DNA of 64,000 bases. Origin: Phoronis australis. Its lineage: Eukaryota; Animalia; Phoronida. The stretch covers positions 110,006-174,005 of the forward strand of contig NMRA01000735.1 of NCBI GenBank assembly GCA_002633005.1, given 5' to 3'. Under the pieces are notes generated by a model. The model ran no database searches. It saw nothing but the letters and a program-made list of their open reading frames with translations, and had not been told where the DNA came from. Of this stretch, positions 39,156 to 50,910 are shown in pieces; within the stretch, counting starts at the first letter, position 1, and every line of letters begins with the position of its first letter. The position numbers and the translations under genes were made by a program.

Positions 39156-42100
39156 ACTAGAATTCCTTACCACCCAAAATAAAAGAAAGCACTTCAATCG
39201 TCACTCTCAAAAATAACTTTAAAATGCATACCACTTCTCAAGACATGCCAGTCCCATTGACATCACTTCCTTGCAACCATGAAATAACCCTATGCAGATC
39301 ACGATGCAGTCTATTCCTTAACAACAAGAAATTTAGATATTTCGCCTCTGTTCCTGTGGATACATTCAGGCAAATTCTCATGTTTTCTTTGCTTGTGACG
39401 TATGCAAGGAGCAGAGGGTACAGCTTTTCCAGACACTCGAACAATAACCCAATGTCTACAAATATATTCTGAAATTCCGCAATTGTACAACACTTGTTTT
39501 TTTTCTATATGGATGTCAAGAACTCAACTCGACTGAAAATAAGGTTTTATTTGAAATAGCATCAGAATATCTTTATAACATTAAATCTCATTGTGTGAGT
39601 CGATAGAATTGCATACTTGTGTATGAAAACGAATTATTTACATTCGTAATCATATTTCGTTGTAATCTTAACATCGCTTTTTCAAAAACGCTTTCTGGGT
39701 TATGTATATTCATTGTATTCTGAAGATTTCATAATTAATATTAAAAATCCAGCAACTGTCATCGGTCCTTATTGTCAAGTTTTTTCTTCATCTGGCAGTC
39801 ATCTTTTGTATCATTGAAACTAGATCCATAATATTTAACTAGCCACCTGTAAAATGACTACCTGGCTAGTTGGCTTATTTTCACGCTATAATTAAAGTCT
39901 TAACTGATTGGCACTAGTTCATTATTAAGATAATTTATCTGCCGTCATGCCCAGTATTGTACAATGACAAGTTCTTTGCTCAATTTTCAACTATTGGCTC
40001 ATGACCTGCAGTAATTGGCCCTTTGAGTTGCATGCCCAGCAAACTTATTGAAGCAACTCACTGGCTAAAAACAAATTTCTACGACAGTTTTTGTTTTAGA
40101 ATTCTTGCTTGATTCTCATATTAATAAACCTAGCGACATGTGCAAAACATCTGTGTCATTTAGAACTTTCACATTGGACATTTAAACAAACTTGAATGCT
40201 GTCCCCACTGCTTACAACAATGTTTATAAAGGACTAAGTTTGCGCGTGGTTACTCAAGTTAATCTTCACAGATCTACAGCCGAAACTGGCGGGTGTCTTT
40301 CAAGACAACGGCGGGTTTTAGTGTTAGGGAACCGGTCGAGTTTCTTAAACTATCACTTTCTCTCTGAAAATGTCAGGGTAAAAGTCTTTAAGATGATAAC
40401 TAAGTTTTTCATTATTAAACCCTCCATTATGTTTTGCACTTTCGGTAACTCTTCTCTTTCTCGGAATTGAAAAGAAAAAATAATACTTGTAAACCTCTCA
40501 GAAGTGCAAATAACTATGTAGAAAACAAAATGTTTATATTTTGCTTCTAGTATTGTCATAATACCATCAACAGCTCATCAACTGAATCCTGTCGACTTAC
40601 GCTTGTGCAATTCTATTAAAAAACAGCGAAGTTACAAAATGTTTAGTGGCATTAAAGAAAGTGACAATGTTCCCATATGCGTGGTATTGAAAAAATCTTC
40701 GGTAATTATTACACCTGAGTACAAGTTTGTGATCTCACGTTAGAGCTCAGATGGCGCTTGATCAAGTGCATACACTTTAATCTACTATAACTTTATTGAA
40801 CTTGAAAGCCTGCGGCCCATTCAAGAAAATATTAAATGACATCAACGTACAAAGAGGCTTGCATTGCTGAAATATACGTATGCAATTCAACATTTATATT
40901 CATAATATAATTTGCTGGTTTGCAGACCCGCAGGTAGTGCATGTATTTAGACAGAATAACCGCTAGTGACACGTCTTGCATTTAGCTAATGCAAAATATT
41001 TGTAAATGCTTACATGTATCTCGTAAATCATCATATCAAGTGCAGTTTGTAATAAAGTGGAAGTCGTCCTTAATTACAAAAATTCCAAACTTTTGACAAG
41101 CTACACAATGTTTCCACTCCCTGTCAAGTTTACGCCTCCCTGCTTCAGTTTCTAAACAATGAATGTCGTTAACCTTTGCCCTTGCCAGGCTTCCATGAGA
41201 ATATTTCGCGAGATGGCTCTGTTATACAATACATGTATACGTATACAATGCACCAATTTCTAAACAATGAATATAGCGTCTAATTTCAGTTATTGTTTTT
41301 ATGAGATTTGTCTTTTCTGTTGCCTCTAAGTATTGCGCCATACAAAAATTATGAAAAGCATCGGCATACACAGAAAATCTATAATTACAATTGACATTAG
41401 CTTCCGTTCTTGGAAAATACAATTGTTTACACTTTGTTTATGAATTCACTCAGAAAAATCGCTTTCACCTATCCCTTACTGAGCCCAAGTCAAACCCTTA
41501 CTAACATAACAAATTTCTGATATGAGTTACCTAAGTAGTTATTCCATGTTCGTCATATACTCGCAACAGTTTGTATCATACTTTTGGAAGCATACCCCTT
41601 CACACCTCTAATATTGTCAACATGTGTTTAAAGCAACTTATAAAGTAATTAAGATACAATTAACGAAACCGCTGACAGTGTTATCACTGAAACAAGTCCG
41701 TATTTATGTAACAAATGTCCGATATGAGTCGCCCAAGTAGTTTTTCCATGTTCGTCATGCACTTGTAAGAAACGTTTGGACGCCCTTCAGTGTAATCTCA
41801 AATAAGTTTTACCAATGCTTGAAACATTTGTTGAAGTAATCAACATACAACGGTAATCTTCACGATCTTCCAAGAACTGTGCAGTTGAAAGTACAAATGT
41901 ATTATCACTGACTCTAAATATATATTTAGAAACGGTTAACTCCACGTCCTCAATGATTTTTTAGTGTTGATAGCCCCACACCGTATGGTTGCCTTTTATG
42001 AGAAAGGTGGTTTTGCAGATTATGCCATTATGGGTCTGTCAATAAAAATGTCCTTGCAACCGCATTCCTTCTGACGTTTCTTTCATTAATTTAACTATAA

Positions 42101-42789
42101 TGAGAACAGGAACAGACTTACAGGTGTAGAACACACCATTGTCCCACTCCTGTTGTGCATTTAAAAAGCTTGTTCTGTGAACATTATCCACTCGTGCAGA
42201 CCATTCGACCTTTTCCTACATTGATTGGATTACTCTTAATATGTTGCCATGGACACTGGCGCTGATACTTTTATGGAATAGGAGTCTGAACTCCACACAT
42301 GAAAACAAAGTCAGTACCAGGTCTTTTCGTATTTTAGTGATTTGGAAGCAAACTCCACGATCTCATTAAGTAATGAAGGAATGTCTTATTAAGTGTTTCA
42401 TCAAACCAAGAAAACTATATCTTTATTATGACTCTGTGTGATGAAAAATATTGTGTGAAGTGCAATTAACTCACGAACCCAGGCTTAAGGACCCTGGCTC
42501 TGCGAGTAAAGTAGTGCATGTTACCAACCTGCAAACGGGAATAAAATAATCGGCAGCAGAACTGTGTGACAGCGCCCTTTTAGTGGACTTCTGTCTCGTT
42601 TTTGAGATTTTTGATTCCCGGTGGCGGTACATTGTGGCCACTTCGCCAAATGGGTGGTGCCACGNAAACTTAGACAGGAACGATTTCGAAATGTCCTACC
42701 CAGTTGCGTTTTGAAGATGATCACAATTCGAACTCGCAGCCACGGACAGCCATGGGGGCGAGAAATGCAGCAATAACATGACCAAAAAA

Positions 42790-42891
42790 ATGGCATTGAC
42801 ATATCTTTATTTTGCCTTCAATGGGTCATCAGCACATTTATTTAACTGTGTCAACTTCAAATGTCGTCCATGCCATTGACCATCCAATTCC
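42790..42891 (-). other. Gene B non-coding 3'UTR exon with polyadenylation signal
   Basis: Reverse strand acceptor tgattttcag|GGAATTGG at 42892/91. AATAAA at 42811-42806. Homologous to 25791-25890. Confidence 0.7.
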
Positions 42892-44285
42892 CTGAAAATC
42901 AAGCATAAAACGCCCGTTATGTAATTACAGTCGAGCACAAAATGAAAGACACTTATGTTGTGCAGTATAGTGAATAATTTTCAAAACCCCAGTCAGAGTT
43001 ATACATGTACATGTAATTCTAGTCCCAAGTTTATTTCTAAAAACAGTGCGTACATCTTCCAATGTGTACAGGTCACAAAACACAATTTTCGGAAATTACT
43101 GCAATATAATTTTCCCGACCTTACGGATTCGCCCGGCTCATTCTATTCGGCATTGATGATAAACCGTTTCAGGCACAAAATCTGTCATCCCGTGTCGATT
43201 TTCAAGGACAAATCTGCAAGAGCTCTCTATGATCGGAAAAAGGAACGATCAGAATTGAGTTGTTGATATGACTTGTGGCCTAGAGATTTGCATCTGTTTC
43301 GTATAAACACAGGTAGAGAACTATGTGTAAGAAATCTTCCTGCAAACCAGCCAGTCATCAACGCCCAGTAAAAGGAGCAAGGCGTCACTATCACGTCGGG
43401 ATAATTTCGATAAGATCGAAAACGTATCATCTACAGTGTCTGTTCAAGAGTGTGAGTCCACGGTACTCTTGGAATGATGAACAGATATTTCTTAACATGA
43501 CGATGAATGCTCAAGTTAAGTTATTCTCAATTCCTGGAAAATGTCTTGTACATGCAAAGCCAGTGGGTCGGGATGCAAGAAGCTAGGTATTACTTTAAGA
43601 CAGAACAATCTTCGATAGGGCTGAATCACTCGGTAAGAAGTCGAGAAAATTGTTGCTCTGCAGTCAGTGTCAGTGAACTTGGATAGGGATGAGTGATTGT
43701 CATTTTTTTTTCAAAATTATTTATACTAGCGTTAAAATTTTGAATTATTGTGAACAAAATTCAGCCACTAATGTGTATTTGGTAATCTACAGGACTCCAA
43801 AATACATTTTAACTCCATGTTATACTTGCGGTAACCCCTCCTGCTATAAGTGGACTGATCCACTATACATTAGCTGTGAAATTTATTGTTCCAGTTGCAG
43901 CAACCCAACATGAATATCAGTCGTTTCTGACAGAAATTACGTATACTTTTTCTATTTTTGTTTACTTTTATTTTTTATGGTTGTGTATACTAACAATTCT
44001 AGAATGTAGTATTCAATTGCGAGTTGCTATGGAACTTTTAAAAACACTATCGGCACTTTTTGTCGGCCATTTTCCTTCACTTTGCAAGCTCTAAATTTTC
44101 GCTTTCCCCGACAAGAATTGGCAATAACTCGGTCATTTGTTATGATAAGGACATGCTTCATACATCAAAATGATCAGAAAATACTGTATTTTTAGAAAAA
44201 ATAACACTTACAAAAATGACAAATCCCGACTTAAGACTCATTTTGTGGTGCTGGGTCAGATATACATGTATAGTTACATACGTAC

Positions 44286-44398
44286 CTAATCATTACACTT
44301 GCAATATGACCCACCGCACTTGCCACCATTTTTGAATTGGATACGGCAAGCGTAATCGCAAACTGGATCCCAACATCTTCTTCCCCTTTCCAGTGCAA
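44286..44398 (-). CDS. Defensin-like gene B, second coding exon: (V)ALERGRR-CWDPVCDYACRIQFKNGGKCGGSYCKCND*
   Basis: Acceptor tctctttttcag|TT. Open frame to TAG followed by gtacgt donor. RGRR cleavage site. Spacing C-x4-C-x3-C-x9-C-x4-C-x-C with GxC motif. 113 nt. Confidence 0.9.
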
Positions 44399-45618
44399 CT
44401 GAAAAAGAGATTTATTATTCACTTGCAAAATAGAGCCCTACTTTATTCTCACCATTCTAACGACAGACATGTGCATCTTCAGCCCGTGGCCGAGATTTGG
44501 AGCGATGGGGGTTGGCGTAGAAATGACACAAGCACCATGGAGAAAATGACGGCATAAGAAGTGTTGGATAGGGGGCGTGTTCAGGAGGTCGGGTGCTTGT
44601 TCTTGGAAGAAAAGAGCGGGGAACGTGGAACTGAATGACAACCGGTTATTATCATCTTTGCAGTTCGTGAAGTATACACGTTGACTACCACCGTGTTGAA
44701 GCTTTGGTTATTACATGTAGCTTCCAAAATTGATTATATTGCCGTTAACGCAAGATATTTCAATCAAAAATAACTGTTGAAAAATTGGACGCTTACAGTG
44801 TACATTGTAGAACCACGAAGTAAAGAGCTTTGTAAACGTTGTACCTTATGCAATTCCAGTACCAGCTCTCATTGTATCTTCATAAGCATTCTGTGCCAGG
44901 TTTGAATTTCGACCTTTAAAATCAAGTTGATTCACAGAGATCGCTGCTAATTAAAATGACTGTTTGTTACCTTGTGCCTTCCGGATTCAATGAAATGCCA
45001 GTAGATTGGTTTGATTTTTTTACTACTCAGATCGAAGGAGTCGTGAACTTACACCAGTGAACACTTCCTTTTTCTATGTTCGGACTGTCGACCATAGGTA
45101 TTATTTTTAGAGAAGAAAACCAAAATTCTAGGAATACTTTCTAAGGAAAGTATGCACCAACGTTGTGGCGTGTTGACTGACTCCTAAACAAAAGTAAACG
45201 ACGACCAAACTTGTCACAGCCGAGGTAGAACTTTGACTGACTCGGCAGCTCTCAAAGTTGGACTATATGAAAAGAAATTGGCGCGAAATTCTTGCCTCCC
45301 AAAACGTCACTTCCGGAGTAGAGGACGAATACTTGTTTCAATTAAAAAATGCTGTAATTAACTGAAAATATATCTGGGATAATCAACGAAACATATTTTC
45401 GCTAAAAATAACATGAAGAAAGCTTCCCTTCGCTTTTAATCCACGTCACGTGCTAGTCCAGTAGTCAGCTCCACGGACATACATGTATAAACTTCACAAA
45501 AACGCAAATGTTTGCGAGACATCGCTAGGCCTTACAAGCACTACACGTGATTACTTTAGCTTTACTTGCAAAACCTGTGCAGAACTCGGCCCAGGGCACA
45601 GAAAGTTATTGTTCTTAC

Positions 45619-45700
45619 CGTCTTCTTCGCTTTCTACCGACAGCCCCTGGATGCAGCCCACTGCCAGCATCAATACAATGAATAGCCCGACGCACTTCAT
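45619..45700 (-). CDS. Defensin-like gene B, first coding exon: MKCVGLFIVLMLAVGCIQG-LSVESEED, phase-1 donor
   Basis: Reverse strand: gaattacag|AAAACTACAAGTC-ATG. Signal peptide 13/19 identical to gene A. Donor G|gtaag. 82 nt. Confidence 0.9.
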
Positions 45701-45934
45701 GACTTGTAGTTTTCTGTAATTCAATATCACATGAAGTTACGGAGATTCAAGTACATAAAAAGAGAAAAGTGCACACCGTGTGTCCCCTGGATTGCCTGCG
45801 TAACACAATTTCTGCAGCGCAATCATTTCTACGTACAGTTAATAAGTCATGTGCAGGCATCTTTCAGAACTTCCAACTCCATCATTTGAATTGTTTTTTT
45901 AAAGAAAATCTTGTAATTAAAGAGCCAGCAGTTA

Positions 45935-45960
45935 TTTTTTATACTGAGTTGCCATGTGAC
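45935..45960 (-). promoter_or_regulatory. Candidate core promoter of gene B (gtcacatggcaac + TATAAAAA)
   Basis: Reverse complement of ttttttatactgagttgccatgtgac. Matches the gene A upstream block. Confidence 0.45.
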
Positions 45961-46277
45961 AGCAAACCAAGACAAAGAATATTTTGTGATTCACTTGGCG
46001 TTTGCTATTGCTATTTCCTTACATATCAAAGACAATTTATCCAGAACAATGTTGAGCAAATCCTATACAAACCTGGTGATGCATGGTAAACTTTGATGTA
46101 GGTTCAAATTCTGAACAACTACTACCTAATAACAATAATATGCTACGTGATTTATGCCAGCCTAAAATAACTCTATAGTAAGCATGTACATGTATTCCGG
46201 TGCCTCTTGACGTAGGTTGAAGATATTTATACAAGTTATAACAATTTGTCCCACTTGGTGGCAGGCCAAAGCAACTC

Positions 46278-46286
46278 GGGATTTCC
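46278..46286. promoter_or_regulatory. kappaB-like site GGGATTTCC upstream of gene B (aligned with GGAATCCC at 15216-15223 upstream of gene A)
   Basis: Motif resembles Rel/NF-kB consensus and occupies the homologous position in both paralogs. Short motif, may be chance. Confidence 0.3.
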
Positions 46287-46574
46287 GTAACATTGGATTG
46301 CTAATAGACAGCGGTTGGAGTGAGAACAGGTTTTATGAGCATTTTTAATGGGAAAAATATGGAATTACGGTGTCTAAAAAGTTGCTGATTTTGCACAATT
46401 GTAATCTGGTGTTGTTCATTATGGAAACTGACACTGAATGCATCGGATGCAAACGATGTAGTCTTCAGATCGTCACTTCTGCATTGAATCAACTGCAAAA
46501 TGGGCAACCAAGACACTATAATGAACTACATTCCTGTTATCACAACGACAGCGCTAGTGTCAACTAAATGAGGT

Positions 46575-49500
46575 TGTTGAGTAAAGTAGAGTAGTTAGTA
46601 TTATTGCCGGCCACGGCGCGACATTCGGTGTCTGTCTGTTCGCTCCAATATAGAGCTCCGGCTATCTATGGTGTTGTTTTTCTCTTGACTGACAAAGAGT
46701 CATCGTCATCAGACCTTAATTTAACATGGCGGCAGCATGTAGCGCCTTTTTGAACCGGTTGTGCCGGACTTCCTGTTTTCACTGGCTATCTTACACGCCA
46801 CCGACCTGACCTCCGTCATTCTCGCCGGCCTCTGTCCCTGTCACTTCGCTGCGTGCTGACTTTGCAACATGCCCCCAAACCGAAACCTGTGCCAGGAATT
46901 CATCGTATATCTACTCCGGACTTTTCTGGCCCAACCTCTAAGGAAAGCTGGAAATTGTTTACGCAAAAGTGGCAAATTTATAGCGTTATTGCCCAACTGG
47001 ACGAGCATCCCAGGGATTACCAGGTGACGTTGCTATTGCACGCCGTAGGGGATGAAGGGCTGAAAATTTACAACGGTTTCCAGTTTGACACAGAGGGTGC
47101 AGACCGCACTATAGCTGAAATCTTGGTCAAATTTGATAATTTCGCCGTGGGGGAGGTTATTGAAACGTATGAACGATTTATATTCAACCAGCGTTCACAG
47201 GGTCCCGACGACAGTTTTGAATCTTTTCTTGCTGCGATTCGTACCTTAATGACAACATGCAACTACGAGCAGTCGTCGGCTGATAGTTTCTTACGAGATA
47301 GAACAGTACTTGAAATAGGCGTTAAGGACACTCAAAAACGTTTGTTGCGAGATGGACTCACATTAACAAAGTGCATCGTAATATGTAAGGCGGCAGAAGC
47401 CGCGAGTCTGCAAGCCCAAGCATTGAACCCGGTACCCTCTATTTAACGTTTATCGCGCTCCGCCCGTGGAAAATCTGTTTTTAAACCACAGCCGCGAAAT
47501 AAATCTTGGTCGACCTTCGAAACTCGCGAATGCATGTTTTGCGGCGGCGGACACCCATCGCGGCAGTCTGACTGTCCCGACTGGGGGAAACCTGCAAAAA
47601 ACTACGGCGAAAGGAATCATTTTAAAGCTAAATGCCTCGATAACAACGTGAGACAAGTTGACGGAACGTCAGATGACGATACTTACGATATACCTACATG
47701 TATTTACAACCAGTCACCGCCCACGCAAAGAAAAACCGCATTACAGCTAAACTTTCGGTCAACGGGAGCCAGAAACGTTTCCTGGTTGATACTGGTGCGG
47801 ACGTCAACACCATCAGTAAACGTTTTGTTAAAGCTAAGGACAGTTTTCAGTGGAGAACGCGTTACAATCCTGGGCGAAGCGACACTATCCGTCATTAACG
47901 TACGCACCAGCCAACCTTATACCATTGTCTTTGTGGTGGTGCCCGATGACATGCAGTGTTTGTTGAGCTTGAAAACTGTGCTTGATATGGATTTGATCAC
48001 AATCAACGACACCAATTTTATGTCACAAGTAGAGTCCGATGAGTCCAATCTGGGCGACTTGGGGAGGCCCAACTACATCTAAATCTCAAAGTCAAGCCTC
48101 GCGCTTTGCCATCAAGCAACATCCCGATGGCGCTTAAGGATTCGGTCAAATACGAAATCGATCGGTTAGTTAACCAGGGTGTCCTGGTCCCAGTCAACCA
48201 ACCGACCTAACGGGTAAGTCAAATGACTTTTCTCCAGAATCCGAAAGGCAAGCTTCGACTTTGCATAGAACCCCCGCCACTCAACGAGGCATAAATGCGC
48301 GATCATTATACATTACCTACCGTGGAGGATGTATTGCCCATGCTCCGACATGCCAGAGTGTTAACTAAGCTAGACGTCAAAAATGCGTTTTGGCACGTAC
48401 GTTTGGACGAGGAGTTTAGTCTGCTGACCACTATGATACCACCATTTGGAAAATTTCGTTGGGCAAGACTGCGGTTCGGTCTAAAGGTCTCTAGCGAGAT
48501 GTTTCAACGGCGTTTAACCGAAGCTCTCGTTGGACTAGACGGCGTATTCACGATAGCAGACGATATCGTAGTGGTCGGCTGCGGTCAAAATAAATCAGAG
48601 TGGCAAATGGGCCATGATAACAAACTGAAACTTTTATATAACGCGTGCGAACAGCGCCACATTATCCTTAATACTGAGAAGGCAGATATTGCGAAACCCG
48701 AAATACCATTTCATGGACACTTGTTCAGTGATCAAGGGATGAAAGTGGACTAAAATAAAGTAGACGCAATTTTAAAAATGCCAGCTCCGCCTGTGTGGCA
48801 TGGTTCAATACGTGGCACGATTTCTTCCGAATTTATCCGTAGATTTGGAACCGCCACGAGCCCTTACGCGCAAAGGCGCACTGTGGATTTGGTCCAGTGC
48901 ATGTGACACGGCCCTACAAACAGTCGAATTGAACTTGACTGAAGCCCCCGTGCTGGTTTACTATGACCGGGACAAGCAGACTGTTCTGCAGGTGGATTCT
49001 AGTAAGGATGGCGTCGGAGCCGTTCTCCTTCAGGATGGTCATCCCGTCGAATGTGCTTGCCGCTCTCTATTTCAATCCGAACGTAACTGTGCTCAGATTG
49101 AAAAAGAACTACTGTCCGTGGTTTTTTGATAAGAACGTTTTGATTAGTAAAGTTATGGCACCAAAGTGGTAGTGCAGAATATTCATTGGCCCCTTGCACC
49201 TATTTTGAAATGGCCGTTGAGCCAGACCCCGAAGCGCCTGCAAACTTTGCTAATGAGAATTCATCGGTATCAACTTCATTTTCAGATCGTGAAAGGAACC
49301 GAACTATATATCGCTGATTCGCTGAGTCGTTCATATTTGGAAGCAGCTGACGGAACCTCGAGCGTAAGGAACATTCAGTTATTCTCGAACATTTCCGACA
49401 CGCAATTACAAGAAATAAGAGAGACTACCGAAAGCGACAGGGCCATGACAATGTTGAAAACATTTGTTCTCGATGGTTGGCCAGACAAAAATCGTGTGCC

Positions 49501-50910
49501 TTGTGAGCTTAAACTTATTTCAGCTTGCGTGACATACTCTCTTGCGAAGATGGCATAATGTTGAAAGGAGAAGCCATAATAGTTCCGACTAAACTCCGAA
49601 AGGACATCACTAAACGACTTTATTCCGCACACATGGAATATAACAGCATGATGCGACGTGCTCGCTCGCTCGTTTACTGGACCGTAATGAACATAAATCA
49701 AACAGCTTGTTGACTGTTGCCCTCCGTGCCAGGAATTGCGTCCCAGAAATCAGACATTAAAGCCAATGCCTGACGGAAACGCACCGTGGGAGAAAGTATC
49801 CAGCGATTCTTTTTAACTCGATGGCCGACAGTTCCTTGTGGTAATTGACCAGCATTCAAACTTAATTGAAGTTGACCGATTACAAAGTCTTACAAGCTTA
49901 AAAGTCATCGCGTTTTGGCATTCCGAAACTGTTTATGACTGATATCGATTCGCAATTTACCTCATTCGAGTTCCGTTCGTTCGCTAAAGAATGGGGAATT
50001 GCGCAGTCGTTTTCGTCACCAGGCCATCACAGTGCCGTTAAGGTTGCAAACCATCTGATGATTAAAGCTACAAAAGATGGCACTTATCCTAATCTCGCAC
50101 TTTTGGAACAGCGCATCACTCCTCGCGAGGACACGGGATTTAGCCCAGTTCAAATGTTGTTCGGTAGATTGACGCGCATCACGATACCTCATTTAAATTT
50201 CAAAAGAGACCGCGAGACCCGGCGCCGCTGAAAGGAGAAATGCGACGAAGGAGTCCATGAACAAGTATTTTGACCAAAATGCAAAGGACTTACCGGAGCT
50301 TATAGTTGGCAACACTGTCTACTTCGAACATAAGGAAGGGCATCGATGGATTCTGGGGAAAGTTCAAGAGAAATTATCAGACAGGACGTACGTGGTGGAA
50401 TCTTCCAGTGGAGGAGTATATCGGAGAAACCGAGTTCAAATTCGTCCAACTCGAGTGCCTTTTCAACCCTTACCAGATGTTGAGCTCCCAGATGTAATGC
50501 CAAACCTACCGCAAGAAGTTTCCGATATTCTGAGCGATCCGAGTATACCAACTCAAACGGACGTTTCGAGTTCAGGCGATCCAGCGATTGTCAGGAGAAG
50601 CGAACGAATTCGTCGAGCTCCTACGCATTTAAAGGACTACGATACCAAGTGACACTATAGTGTGGCTACTTAGGGACTATCGGGATGTGTATTATTTTAA
50701 GTTAGATTTTATAAGTTTTACATTATATTCAGCAGATAAGTTACTTAAAAGAGGGAGGATGTTGAGTAGTGTAGAGTAGTCAGTAGTACTGCCGGCCACG
50801 GCTCGGCATTCGGTGTCTGTCTGTTCGCTCCAATATACAGCTCCGGCTATCTATACGTATGGTGTTGTTTTTTCTCTTGACTGACTAAGAATCATCGTCA
50901 TCAGACCTTA
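46575..50910 (+). mobile_element. Degenerate Ty3/Gypsy LTR retrotransposon 2 with both LTRs
   Basis: 5' LTR 46575-46726 (TGTT...AACA), PBS tggcggcagc 46727-36, gag (46853-47446), Zn knuckle, LVDTGADVN, RT IADDIVV, RNase H QVDSSKDGVGAVL/AQIEKELL, integrase, PPT aaaagagggagga, 3' LTR 50760-50910 lacking its terminal bases. Many stops and frameshifts. Confidence 0.93.

Noticed and set aside
43689-43913. Cys-rich ORF (PCYTCGNPSC…CEIYCSSC)
   Set aside because: Antisense within gene B's intron, no signal, not conserved in gene A.
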